NCBI GenBank assembly: GCA_963841435.1
Contig: CAWJCS010000006.1
Coordinates: 256,001 to 320,000, forward strand
Direction: 5' to 3'
DNA from: an uncultured delta proteobacterium
GTDB lineage: Bacteria; Myxococcota_A; Polyangia; Polyangiales; Polyangiaceae
Length of the DNA stretch: 64,000 nt
Within the stretch, counting starts at the first letter, position 1; every line of letters begins with the position of its first letter. Both the position numbers and the translations under genes were made by a program. Of this stretch, positions 43,464-53,046 are shown one piece after another. The notes under the pieces are model-generated. The model had not been told where the DNA came from. It ran no database searches and saw only the letters and a program-made list of their open reading frames with translations.

Positions 43464-45521
43464 CTACTCGGAGAGGCTCGGCCTGAGCCGGTTGACGAGG
43501 GAGCTCATGGCGGGGTTGTAGCCGTAGCGCTCATCCAGTGGACCGACCTCGCCCGCGACGGCGTACTTCGGGCAGATGCTCGCCGTGAGCCCCGTCGAGG
43601 CGAGGCCGCGCAGCACTTCGAGCTCGCGGACGCTCGGATAGGCCTTCGCGTAGACCTGCGTGCCGTCCTGGTTCGGCGTCGGGTAGTCGCAGAGCGGGCT
43701 GTTCTTCTCGTATTCGTCGGCGTTGCAATCACAGCCGCCCTCGTTGGACATGTCGCAGTCCCGAGGCTCGCTGAGCGGGAAGATGCATGCGAGCTGCAGG
43801 TCGGTGCGAAACCTGTCAGGCGCCTGCTCGTGGCCGTTGATCGTGTTCCAACCGCCGTCGCTCGGGCCCACGACGGCCGCGTTCGGATCGAGCGGATGGG
43901 GAGCGCCGCTCGGGCGTGGATCCACGGACTCGATCATGAGAGGGTCGAGCGGATCCGAGCCGGGGCCACCGAGGACGACGTTCCAGCGACCTTGCGCGTC
44001 GAGCTGTTCGGGCGTGAGGTAGGCGAGGCCGTCGCCCCCGAGGCTCTCGGGCGTCGCGATGTCCTGCCAAGGCACGCCGACGATGCCGAGCAGCACCACC
44101 GAGCGCGGATCACGGCTGTCTTGGTCGGGCGCCGCCGCAAAGATGGGGTTCGGAACGCGGTTGCCGTCGAGACGCGGATCGATCGTGCTCGCGGTGAGCG
44201 CTTCGATGTAGCGGCCGATGGGGTACAGGAAGTCCACGCCGAAGCGCTGACGCTGGTGGAAGCAGCGCAGGTTCGGCGAGTCTTCGCTCACGGGTAGCGG
44301 AGAGTCCGCGCACGCCGGGTCCTCGTCCGGCGACGGGCAGCCGAGCTTCGGCCCGGAGCCGCAGGGTGCGCAACAAGGATTGTTGGGCTGCGCGCAGGCG
44401 GAGGTGCCGTGAGGCATGCGCCAGTTGTTGGCAGCCGGGCCGCCCTTGAACGACGTGAGCCAGCCCTGGGTCTCGTTCTCGTCGACAATGGAGCAATCGT
44501 TTTCGTCGCTCAGCATCACGATGGCGAGCGCCGAGTCCGCGCGCAAAAACGCGGCGCGCTGTGCGAGCACCGTGCCGCTCACGGGGCCGCGCACGCTGAG
44601 GGCGCCGTCGTTCGACATGCTCTCGACGGGGTCCGGATCGACGAGGAAGCGATACCAGGCTTCGAGCGACCCCTCATAGCCGCAGCCGTGCTCGCCGGCG
44701 GCGAGCACGTGGTCCTGAAAATCGACGCTCAATGCGGATGGGTCATCGAGCCCTGCGGGCGCGTACCTGCCGTCGGGGTCCCAGGCCAGAAAACCGAGGT
44801 CGTCGTAGCTCGAAAGGCCCGGACGGACGCTCGGCATCAGACGCGCGCCGTCGTCGTAGTGCGACTGGTCGGTGGCCGTCTGCTCCGAGCAGACGTTGTT
44901 GCTGCCGTGATCGCCGAGGCTCGAGCTGATGACACCGACGTGCAGATCTTTGACGGGTCGGAATTCGGTAACGCCCGCGGGGCAGTTGCCGTCGTTGTCG
45001 CTCGTTGCGCCAGTGGGACTGCCGAATTCGTCGACGCAATCGGGGTGCGTGAACCGTGAGACCAGCATGGGAATCGCCTTTTCGAGCAGCTCTTGCTTGT
45101 CCGCCATCCCGATCGAGTTATCGACCATGAAGAGCAGGTTAACCTTGGAGACCGTGGCCGGCTTGCCCGCAAAGCCGCCGCCGCCGTTGCCGAAGGCGCT
45201 GCTGCCGCCGGTCCCGGGCTCGCCGGCGCTTCCACCCGCGGCAACGACGACGCCCGCCGTGCCGCTGCTGCCGCCGGTCGTCATCTCCGTACCGGCCGTG
45301 CCGCCCGCGCCGCCGGTGGTCGCGCCCGTGCCGCCGGTCGTGGCGCCCGTGCCGCCATCCGCCGCGCCCGCTTCGCCCGTGCCCCCCGTCCCCCCCCCGC
45401 CCGCGTCATCCGAGCCGAGCGCGTAGCGACCGCCGCACCCCCAAGTCCCCGCGACCGAGAGAGCAACCACCAGAACCCCGTGTGTCCGCACCAAGTGACC
45501 TATCGTCATACCCTGGCCCAT
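43464..45521 (-). CDS. Cys-rich lipoprotein of a myxobacterial VWA-like family
   Basis: Lipobox WGC, Gly/Thr linker, LLFMVDNS..MADKQ, GCGYE.SLEAWYRFL.DP, LSDENDCS, AKAYP..REL. Confidence 0.8.
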   Translation of the reverse strand: MGQGMTIGHLVRTHGVLVVALSVAGTWGCGGRYALGSDDAGGGGTGGTGEAGAADGGTGATTGGTGATTGGAGGTAGTEMTTGGSSGTAGVVVAAGGSAGEPGTGGSSAFGNGGGGFAGKPATVSKVNLLFMVDNSIGMADKQELLEKAIPMLVSRFTHPDCVDEFGSPTGATSDNDGNCPAGVTEFRPVKDLHVGVISSSLGDHGSNNVCSEQTATDQSHYDDGARLMPSVRPGLSSYDDLGFLAWDPDGRYAPAGLDDPSALSVDFQDHVLAAGEHGCGYEGSLEAWYRFLVDPDPVESMSNDGALSVRGPVSGTVLAQRAAFLRADSALAIVMLSDENDCSIVDENETQGWLTSFKGGPAANNWRMPHGTSACAQPNNPCCAPCGSGPKLGCPSPDEDPACADSPLPVSEDSPNLRCFHQRQRFGVDFLYPIGRYIEALTASTIDPRLDGNRVPNPIFAAAPDQDSRDPRSVVLLGIVGVPWQDIATPESLGGDGLAYLTPEQLDAQGRWNVVLGGPGSDPLDPLMIESVDPRPSGAPHPLDPNAAVVGPSDGGWNTINGHEQAPDRFRTDLQLACIFPLSEPRDCDMSNEGGCDCNADEYEKNSPLCDYPTPNQDGTQVYAKAYPSVRELEVLRGLASTGLTASICPKYAVAGEVGPLDERYGYNPAMSSLVNRLRPSLSE

Positions 45522-45542
45522 GTGGCCCGTCGCGAAGATCGA

Positions 45543-46400
45543 TCATCTTTTCAGGAGCTCGCGCACGCGCTCGGCATGACGGCTGTTCGGTGCTGCCTGG
45601 ATCAACCGTGCTGCTTCGCGCTCCGCGCTCGCGCGCTCTCCCGCGCCGAGCAGAGCTTCGACGCGCAGCACCGTCGCTTCCGTCGTGAGCGCGCCGTTCG
45701 GAAAGCGAGCACGGTAGGCATCGAGATCGGCGAGTGCCGAGCGCGCGCGGCCGATCGCCAGCTCCTTGCGCACGGTGTCGAGCGCGCGCACTTCTTCGCT
45801 CAGCGTGGAGGCGGCGCGCGCTTCCGCGGCGCTCGTCGTTGCTTCGACGGGCGCGTCGAACGACGCCGTGGAGCCGAGCGCTGCGGCCCGTGGCTCGGCG
45901 ACGGCGGGGGGCTCCATTTCGTCGGGCTCGACCGGTTCGGCTGCGGGTGGTGGTGGCGGAATGACGGCCGTGGTGGCGGGCGCTGGCTCTTCGGGGGTCG
46001 GCGTCGGATCGGCGACCTCCTGCGCGGCGGCGTGCCGTGGAGACGCCGTGGTGGCGACGGGCAGAGCGCTGACGGTGGGCGTCGGCGCCTGCGAATGCGC
46101 CGGGCGGAAGGCGACGTACGCCGTGCCGCTCGTGAGCACGCCGGCCGTCGCGCCGACGGCGAGCAACTTCGCGAGTGACACCAGGGTGAGCGGCTTGGCC
46201 GCCGCGGCGCCGCCGAGGGCCGCTTGCTCGGCCACGACGCTGCCCGCATTCGAGAGGCCGACGGCCATCGCGCCGACACCGAGCACGGCAGCCACGCGCG
46301 GCAGGGCGGTCGCGTCGGGCTCGTCGTCGTCCGCGGAGAGCAGGAGCAAGCGCTCGAGCTCGTCGTTCGTATCGCTGAGGAGCGGAGAAAGGTCGCTCAT
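45543..46400 (-). CDS. Putative anti-sigma factor (TM, Pro-rich linker, TPR-like C-terminus)
   Basis: Overlaps the ECF stop; L.EE...LD..R, L..Y..RFP.G.L..EA motif. Confidence 0.7.
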   Translation of the reverse strand: MSDLSPLLSDTNDELERLLLLSADDDEPDATALPRVAAVLGVGAMAVGLSNAGSVVAEQAALGGAAAAKPLTLVSLAKLLAVGATAGVLTSGTAYVAFRPAHSQAPTPTVSALPVATTASPRHAAAQEVADPTPTPEEPAPATTAVIPPPPPAAEPVEPDEMEPPAVAEPRAAALGSTASFDAPVEATTSAAEARAASTLSEEVRALDTVRKELAIGRARSALADLDAYRARFPNGALTTEATVLRVEALLGAGERASAEREAARLIQAAPNSRHAERVRELLKR

Positions 46401-47041
46401 GGCTTCACCTGGGCTCCGAGCGTCCGCTTGAGGCGTTGGACACCCGTCTGGAAAATCTCGCGCGCTCGCCTGAGCCTCGACGACGCCGTGCCGAGGGGGA
46501 TTTCGAGCAGCTCCGCGACCTCGGGCCCCGTGTAGCCCTCGAGCTCGAACAGCACGAAGGCGGCGCGCAGGTCGTCGGGCATGGAATCGAGAATGGCGTC
46601 GAGCAGCTCGCGCGCCCGCTTGCGGTCGACGAGCGTTTCGGGCGTCGGTTGCGCGCCCGTCATCGCTTCGATCTCGTCGGCGCCGGGGGACGTGTCCGGC
46701 CTCACGGCTCGGGCGCGCCGCGCGTTCGCGGCGACGCGCAGCGCGACGGCGACGAGGAACTGCCGCTCGCGACCCGCTTCGATCTGCTCGAGCTTGCGCG
46801 AAGCGATGATGAACACTTCCTGAGCGGCATCGTCGGCCGCTTCGGCGGGGATGCCGAAGCGGCGCAAAGCGCGCCACACACTGCGGAAGTGGCACTCGAG
46901 CAGGTCGGCGAGCGTCGTCCGTTGAAAGCCCGCGTCAGGGGGCTCACTCTCGCCCGTTTCCGAGACCAGCTCCGGCGGCCCGAGCTCGGGGCCCAGGACG
47001 GCGAGGGTGGGGGAGGGAGTCTGGCGCACCGTTTGGCTCAT
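46397..47041 (-). CDS. ECF RNA polymerase sigma factor
   Basis: VWR.LRR.G, DDAAQEVF, FVLFELEG....EVA.LL.IP.GT.SSRLRRAR. Confidence 0.92.
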   Translation of the reverse strand: MSQTVRQTPSPTLAVLGPELGPPELVSETGESEPPDAGFQRTTLADLLECHFRSVWRALRRFGIPAEAADDAAQEVFIIASRKLEQIEAGRERQFLVAVALRVAANARRARAVRPDTSPGADEIEAMTGAQPTPETLVDRKRARELLDAILDSMPDDLRAAFVLFELEGYTGPEVAELLEIPLGTASSRLRRAREIFQTGVQRLKRTLGAQVKP

Positions 47042-47274
47042 GTGCGGGCAGCGCGAGTTCGATCACCACGCGATGGCAGAGTCGCCACGCGACGCCCAAG
47101 AACCCGACCCAACCACCAGGACCCATTCTAGCAGAGGACGGGCACGCCGGCCCGCAAGCCTTGCGCGTGGCGCGATGGTCGGGGGCGCGCTTTTTTGCCA
47201 CCCCCGCGGACGGGGTAGCCCTCGCCTGGGCGAAGGAGCAGGCCCATGGGGTATCCCTGCGCAGCGACCCCCGG

Positions 47275-47290
47275 CGGCCCGGAACCTGCA
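47275..47290 (+). promoter_or_regulatory. sigma54 promoter (predicted 2-nt leader)
   Basis: CGGCCCGGAACCTGCA, GG-N10-GC, 13 nt before ATG 47303. Confidence 0.5.
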
Positions 47291-47302
47291 AGCAACCGGA
47301 CG

Positions 47303-47795
47303 ATGGACCAGGCCAAAGCTACCTCTTTCGCCCCGCTCCGCGGCTCCCCTGTCCCTGTCTCGACGCCCTCCCCCCCACCGCATGCCGTGGCGGTCGCCGC
47401 GGAAGGGCGGCTCGGCGCGACGCTCGCCCGCCTGCGAGAGCTGCGCGGGGCGCTCCGGAGCGGGCGCGCCGTCGTGGACCCGGCGCCGCTGCTCTCCGAG
47501 CTCCGCGTGGACCTCGAGCTCCACTTTGCGCTCGAGGAGGCAAGCTCCTACTTCGGCGTCGTGCTGCGAGAGCGGCAGTCGCTGTCGCACGCCATCGCCG
47601 AGCTCAGACGTGAGCACGAGCTGATGCTCGGCATGGTCGAGGCCGCTCGCGCCGTTGCCACCGATTCGCTGCGGGCACCCGAGCTCGTGACGTTCCGTCG
47701 AACGGCTCCTCGACGAATTCGAGGTGCACGAGCACGAAGAAGCGAGCCTCTTGCAGGAGTTTTTCCTGCGTGACGACGGTACGGGCGCCGACTAG
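47303..47795 (+). CDS. Hemerythrin-like (HHE) protein with +1 frameshift near 47692-47702
   Basis: HFALEE, LRREH; removing one base restores RLLDEFEVHEHEEASLLQEFFLRDDGTGAD*. Confidence 0.7.
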
Positions 47796-47888
47796 GCTGA
47801 CCGCGGCACGGCGGCGTCTCTACCGGCACCGCCTGCATGGACGGGTGTGCGGCGTCGTCCATGTGAACGAACAGCAAAGGGCACGACC

Positions 47889-48224
47889 ATGAAGAAGTTT
47901 CTCGTTCTCTACAAGGCGACCAAAGCGGCTTTCGAAAAGGCGATGGCAGGTTCTCCCGACCAGCAAAAGGAGTTCATGGCGGCCTGGGATGCCTGGGGAA
48001 AGAAGGCGGCATCCTCGATCGTCGACATGGGGGCGCCGCTCGGCAAGACGTTGCGCGTGACGAAGGACGGCGCGACGCCGACCTGGAACGATCTCGGCGG
48101 CTTTTCGATCCTGCAGGGCGAATCGAAGGAAGCGGTCGCCGACTCTCTCAAGGGGCACCCCCATTTCATGATGCCCGAGGGCTTCATCGAGGTCGTCGAG
48201 CTCATGCCGATGCCGCCCAGCTGA
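47889..48224 (+). CDS. Small YciI/DGPF-like protein
   Basis: MKKFLVLY, MAAW.AW, VD.GAPL, GGFSILQ, HPH, IEV.E. Confidence 0.7.
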   Translation: MKKFLVLYKATKAAFEKAMAGSPDQQKEFMAAWDAWGKKAASSIVDMGAPLGKTLRVTKDGATPTWNDLGGFSILQGESKEAVADSLKGHPHFMMPEGFIEVVELMPMPPS

Positions 48225-48302
48225 GGCGTCTTCTCGGGCGCGGCTCTCGCACGCGGGCGGATCGGGTATCATCCCGGTCGCTCGCGGAGCGAGGGTTTAG
48301 CC

Positions 48303-48992
48303 ATGAGCCAGGAAAAGCTGGATCGCGTCGTCAAGGCTCGACAGGAGCTCCGAGCGCGCTTCGAAGCGCGGATGCGGGCGACGCCCAGCCTGGCGGACGA
48401 CGCGCCCCAGGGCACGGGACCGAAGAACCGCCACGGCATGCCGAAGCTCCCAGCGGGGCAGACCGAGACCAAGAAGTGGCCCGTGCTCGACCTCGGCGTC
48501 CAACCGAGCGTCACGCGCGCGTCGTTCCGCCTCACGGTCAACGGCGCCGTACGAACGCCGGTGACGCTCGACTTCTCGGAGCTGCTCGCGCTCGGTGAGG
48601 TCGAGGACACGAGCGACTTTCACTGCGTGACGACCTGGTCTCGCATGGACCTCGCTTGGAAGGGCGTGCGCGTCGCCGACGTGCTCGCGCTCGCCGAGCC
48701 GCTGCCCGAGGCGCGCGCACTGATGTGCCACGCTTCCGATCGCTACACGACCAACGTGAGCCTGGAAGAGGCGCTGAAGCCCGACGTTCTCATCGCGTAC
48801 GAGGTCAACGGTGAGCCGCTCGCGCGCGAGCACGGCGGACCCGTGCGTATGATCACGCCGCAGCTCTATGCTTGGAAGGGCGCGAAGTGGATCGAGCGGC
48901 TCGAGGTCCTCACGGAGAATCGGCCGGGCTTCTGGGAAGAGCGCGGCTACTCGATGACGGCGTTGCCCTGGCGGGAAGACCGCTACGGCTGA
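48303..48992 (+). CDS. Molybdopterin-binding oxidoreductase (sulfite-oxidase/YuiH-like)
   Basis: LP.GQ, WPVLD, DFHCVTTWS, HGGP.R, YAWKGAKW, GFWE.RGY. Confidence 0.9.
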   Translation: MSQEKLDRVVKARQELRARFEARMRATPSLADDAPQGTGPKNRHGMPKLPAGQTETKKWPVLDLGVQPSVTRASFRLTVNGAVRTPVTLDFSELLALGEVEDTSDFHCVTTWSRMDLAWKGVRVADVLALAEPLPEARALMCHASDRYTTNVSLEEALKPDVLIAYEVNGEPLAREHGGPVRMITPQLYAWKGAKWIERLEVLTENRPGFWEERGYSMTALPWREDRYG

Positions 48993-49041
48993 AGCGGAAT
49001 CGAACCAGCTCGGTGTGCGGCCCGGGGCGCCGTGCGAGCGC

Positions 49042-49984
49042 TCAGGGCAACACGGCGCGGAGCGACGCGCGGCCCGAGAAGCCGAGCACGGGCACGGCGA
49101 ACGCCTCGAACGTCGGGACGAAAGTAGAACGTGGGGTGGGAGAGCGCGACGACCGCTTCTCCATCGAGCGTGAACGAGAGAAATCGGGTCGGCCGCAGCT
49201 CGAGGCGAGCGAGTGGCCCGAGGCTCAGCCAGGGCCGGGTGACGGTCTGCTGGTCGAGCGTCGCGGAGCCGACGCCGCGCAGCGTGCCGACGCCGAGAGC
49301 GGCGCAGGGCGTGAACGACACGAGCCCGGTGCTCGGTAGGCTGAGCGGGCAGAACCAGCCGCGCGCCCCCGTGTACGTGAAGTCGGCGCGCCCCGCGCCC
49401 GTGTCCACGGTGTCGGAGCGGGTCCGTTGCGCGGCGATGCCGAACGAGATGCCCCGCGCGCCCGTCGCGCTCTGGTGCTCGGCGTCGAGCTCGAAAAACG
49501 CGCTCAGCGCGAGCTCCGGTGCGATGCCGCTGTCGAGCGCCGCGCCGGCACCGCCGCCGAAGCGGAAGTGTGCGCGCCGAGCCGGTCGGCGTGGCTCCGG
49601 TGCGGGACGCTGGGCGTGGTCGGGCTCGCTGCGAGAGAGCGCCTCGGGGTCGACGAGCACCGCGGCGATGAGGGCGAGCGCCGAGACGACCTCCTCGCAC
49701 GTCGCGCCCGCGACGGCGCGCGGCGTTTCGCGGCCGTCAATCTCGCGCAGCGTGAGCCGCCCGAGCACGTCCGTCACCCGATCGCTCAGCGTGACGTCGA
49801 AGGTTGCCGCCGTTTCGTCGGCGGCGGCCAGGCGCGCCCGCGGCGTGCGCGCCGAGAGCTCGGCGACGAACGCCGCGCGGCTCGAGCAGCCGGCGGGCGC
49901 CTCGTAAGTGACGTGAAATGGCTGCGGCGCAGCGGCCGCGTGCCCGGCGAGCGCCATGCCGAACGCGAGCCAGAGCGCTCGCAT
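49042..49984 (-). CDS. Exported protein with beta-barrel-like C-terminus, +1 frameshift at 49109-49110
   Basis: Signal peptide, YEAPAGC, C.EV..ALAL; removing one base restores ...PDVEAFAVPVLGFSGRASLRAVLP*. Confidence 0.6.
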
Positions 49985-49991
49985 CGCGAGG

Positions 49992-50654
49992 TCAGGTGCC
50001 CTGCGGCCAGAGCTTTTGTACGACCTCGGTGAGCTTGCCCACGGTGTCCGGCTTCATTCCCGTGGCCGGGTGCGGCCAGGCGAAGCTCCGCGAAACGACC
50101 TGGCTGCACGAGAACGAGACCAAAATGTCGTTCGCCTGGGCGCCGGGACCCGACGCGAACGAAAGGCCCATCTCCGGGTAGATGACGCCGGGTGCACAGC
50201 GTGCGTACTTGTTGTCGTAGCTGTCGGCGTCGCCGAGCAGCTTGCCGAGCTCCTCGCGCAGGTCCGGATCGACGACGGGCGTCTGACCGAGGATGCGGAA
50301 GCCGTGAAAGCGTGGAGCATCGGGCGGCGGGACGACGGGTGCCGCGGGAGCGGCGGCGCCAGGCAAGAGGTTCGGCGGCAAGATGCCCGGCGGGATGAGC
50401 TGCGAGAGACCCTGCGCTCCTTGCTGGATCCAGCTCATGATCTCGGGAGGCACGCCGGGCACGGCGGCGCCGGGGGCAGGCGTTCCGGCAGCGGGCGCCG
50501 CGGCTGTGGGCGGCGGCTCGTAGTTTTGCAGGCGGTAGGCCGTCGCGTTGGACGTTTTGAGGGTGTCGAACGGCGCGGCCGGGGCGCTGGCGCACGCGAG
50601 GCTCGCGAGGCCGAGGAGCGGCAAGAGGGCGGTGTTGCTCGGGGAGAGGCGCAT
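49992..50654 (-). CDS. Hypothetical lipoprotein
   Basis: Lipobox SLAC; Pro-rich region; FHGFRIL, SFSC.Q. Confidence 0.7.
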   Translation of the reverse strand: MRLSPSNTALLPLLGLASLACASAPAAPFDTLKTSNATAYRLQNYEPPPTAAAPAAGTPAPGAAVPGVPPEIMSWIQQGAQGLSQLIPPGILPPNLLPGAAAPAAPVVPPPDAPRFHGFRILGQTPVVDPDLREELGKLLGDADSYDNKYARCAPGVIYPEMGLSFASGPGAQANDILVSFSCSQVVSRSFAWPHPATGMKPDTVGKLTEVVQKLWPQGT

Positions 50655-50738
50655 GGCGAACCTATTAGCCCAGCTTTCGCGGCGTCGAAAGCTTCCCTGC
50701 CACTTGCGGCCGGGAGCCACGGGGAAAAGGTTTGGCGG

Positions 50739-51662
50739 ATGCAGGAGCGCATCGTCGTGACAGGGGGAACCGGCTTCGTCGGGAGCGCGGTGGTCCGGCT
50801 CCTGGCCGCAAGGAGCGCCGAGCTCTTCGTGCTCTCGAGGGGGTCAACGGTCCCCGCGTCGCTCGAGGGCGTCGCCGGTGTGCGGATGCTCGCTTGGGAC
50901 CCGGGCAGCGACGGGGACTGGATGGCGGCGGTGTCGGGCGCGAGCGCCGTCGTGCACCTCGCGGGCGAGCAGGCGGTGGGGCGGCGCTACACCGAGCCGC
51001 TGAAGCGACGCATCCTCGAGAGTCGCGTGAAGACGGCCGAGGCGCTCGTCCGCGCGATCGCACGCGCCGACGCGCCACCGCGCGTGCTCGTGTCGGCGTC
51101 CGGTGTCGGCTACTACGGCGGCCACGACGACGACGCGCCGCTCGACGAATCGGCGCCGCCCGGCAACGACTTTCTTGCGACCGTGTGCGTGGCGTGGGAA
51201 GCGGCCGTTCGCAAGGCCGAGCCGCTCGGCGTGCGCGTCGTCTCGGCGCGCCTCGGCGCCGTGCTCGGTCGCGGGGGCGGTGCGCTCGGCACCATGGTGC
51301 TCCCTTTCAAGTTGTTCGTCGGCGGTCCGTTGGGTAGCGGTCGCCAGCTCTTTTCATGGGTGCACCTCGAGGACGCCGCGCGGGCATTCCTCGCGTGCCT
51401 CGACGATCCGGGCTTTTCTGGGGCGGTGAACGTTGCGGCGCCGGGGGCCGTCACGCAGACGGCGCTCGCGCGTGCTCTCGGCAAAGCGCTCGGCCGCCCC
51501 GCGTTCATGCCCGTGCCGAGCTTCTCGCTGCGCGCGCTGTTCGGCGAAGGCGCCGTCCCGATCCTCACGGGGCAGCGCGCCGTCCCGAAAAAGCTCCTCG
51601 CCGCGGGCTTCGCGTTTCGATTTCCGACCATCGAAGAGGCGCTCGCCGAAGCGCTCCACTGA
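50739..51662 (+). CDS. TIGR01777 NAD-dependent epimerase (YfcH-like)
   Basis: VTGGTGFVG, VVHLAGE, SASGVGYYG, FLA.VC.AWE, GGPLGSGRQ..SWVH. Confidence 0.92.
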   Translation: MQERIVVTGGTGFVGSAVVRLLAARSAELFVLSRGSTVPASLEGVAGVRMLAWDPGSDGDWMAAVSGASAVVHLAGEQAVGRRYTEPLKRRILESRVKTAEALVRAIARADAPPRVLVSASGVGYYGGHDDDAPLDESAPPGNDFLATVCVAWEAAVRKAEPLGVRVVSARLGAVLGRGGGALGTMVLPFKLFVGGPLGSGRQLFSWVHLEDAARAFLACLDDPGFSGAVNVAAPGAVTQTALARALGKALGRPAFMPVPSFSLRALFGEGAVPILTGQRAVPKKLLAAGFAFRFPTIEEALAEALH

Positions 51663-51682
51663 GGCGCCGGACCGCCGAGACC

Positions 51683-51892
51683 TCATTCTGGTCCGACCGG
51701 CTTTCGCTCGAACCCCGCGCACTCGACGACGGGGAGCCGGGGGTAGCGGTCGAACCGGGCGGGCTCGGCCTGGGAGCGCTCGCAGAGGAGATACGTCTGC
51801 TCGCGCGCGCCGCGGACGGTGCGCGCGTACCGGCACTCGGCGCACCGGCCAAGGCGCGGATCGAAGCGGGGCGACCCCGTGCCGATGCTCAC
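51683..51892 (-). CDS. Small Cys-rich protein
   Basis: GxCxxCxYAR...YLLC...RF.RYPRLPV..C.GFE. Confidence 0.65.
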   Translation of the reverse strand: MSIGTGSPRFDPRLGRCAECRYARTVRGAREQTYLLCERSQAEPARFDRYPRLPVVECAGFERKPVGPE

Positions 51893-51995
51893 ACCCGAAC
51901 GATGACGCACGGCGTCAACGGGGGCTCGGCGGCATGCCCCCACTTTCTCTCGCCACCCGCGTGACGCGCGACGAACGCACGCCGGGCGGGGCGAA

Positions 51996-52055
51996 TCAGG
52001 CGAGAACCGGAAGCGGGATCCGGAGTCGCTCGAGCAGCTTGCGCAGGGCTTTCAT
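51996..52055 (-). CDS. Candidate 19-aa small protein MKALRKLLERLRIPLPVLA
   Basis: AGGAG RBS 6 nt before ATG; TTGACC..TAGGT promoter-like motif at 52092-52121; not in the ORF track. Confidence 0.45.
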   Translation of the reverse strand: MKALRKLLERLRIPLPVLA

Positions 52056-52187
52056 GGTCGTCTCCTGGCGTTGAGCGGGATGTGGGGTCTTTACCTACAC
52101 CGTCTCACCTGCCGGGGTCAAGCGACCGGCCCGTTCCTTCGGCCAACAGGCCGCATCGGGGTGGGCGAGCGCGGCTGGGGAGACTGG

Positions 52188-53033
52188 CTAGTAATAGCCG
52201 CCGGCGTGAATGAGCAGACCGAACGAGAGCAGGTGCGCATCGCGCCGGTCGATGAGCTCCTTGCCGTCGTACAACGAGTAGCTCCCGCCGAGCCCGAGGT
52301 CGAGGAACGGGCCGCCGAAGAGCACGATGTGCTCGAGCGGTGAGAGCACGCCGAGGATCTCGAACGAGGCGTCGACGAACGTCGCCCGAGTCTCGAACTC
52401 GCCGAGCGTATCGCCGAGACGTGGGTCGATGACTTCGCGTGTGGCGCGGCTCGTGGAGATCGTGAGCCCCGCGCGTGGCCAGATGCCGAAGGTGCGATCG
52501 AAGGGATAGGCGAACCCGCCACGCACGCCACCGAGCAGCGTGAAGCCGTCGGGCGCTGCGGTCGGCGGTGCCTCGGGACGCTGGCCGGCCGCGCCGTCGA
52601 GCGACACGCCGCGCGTGGCGATCATCCCGGTGCCGCCGACCGTGAAGCCCTGGTAGACGACGTAGTCGAGCGCGAAGCGCGGCAGAGCCGAGGGACTGTT
52701 GCTGTCCATACCGAGCAGCCCGAAAGAGGTGACCTTGTAGTCGTGCGTGATCTTCGCGCCCGTCTCGGCGTCCGTGTAGGTGAGCTTCTGGCGGTCGAGG
52801 AACAGGCCGGACGCGCGTTCGATGGCGAAGACGAACTGGCCGGTCTCGCCGACGTTGTCGAGGGGCTTCGGCGGCGCGACCATGGGCGTCGGGAACGCTG
52901 CCGTTCCGTACGCGCCGGTCGGTGCGGTGTACGTGCCGGCAGCCGTGCCTTGGGTCTGGAAGCCCTGAGCGAGCGCTGGGGCAGCCCCGAGCGACGCGCA
53001 GGCGAGCGTGAGGAGCGCCACGGGGCGTTGCAT
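52188..53033 (-). CDS. Outer-membrane beta-barrel-like protein
   Basis: Signal peptide, PRFALDY, IWPRAG, GPFLDLGL, C-terminal GGYY. Confidence 0.7.
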   Translation of the reverse strand: MQRPVALLTLACASLGAAPALAQGFQTQGTAAGTYTAPTGAYGTAAFPTPMVAPPKPLDNVGETGQFVFAIERASGLFLDRQKLTYTDAETGAKITHDYKVTSFGLLGMDSNSPSALPRFALDYVVYQGFTVGGTGMIATRGVSLDGAAGQRPEAPPTAAPDGFTLLGGVRGGFAYPFDRTFGIWPRAGLTISTSRATREVIDPRLGDTLGEFETRATFVDASFEILGVLSPLEHIVLFGGPFLDLGLGGSYSLYDGKELIDRRDAHLLSFGLLIHAGGYY

Positions 53034-53046
53034 GCGGCGGACTCTA

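Noticed and set aside
37085-45360. 9-bp and 21-bp tandem repeats at ~37095-37135 and ~45300-45355
   Set aside because: They encode ordinary Gly/Ser/Thr lipoprotein linkers
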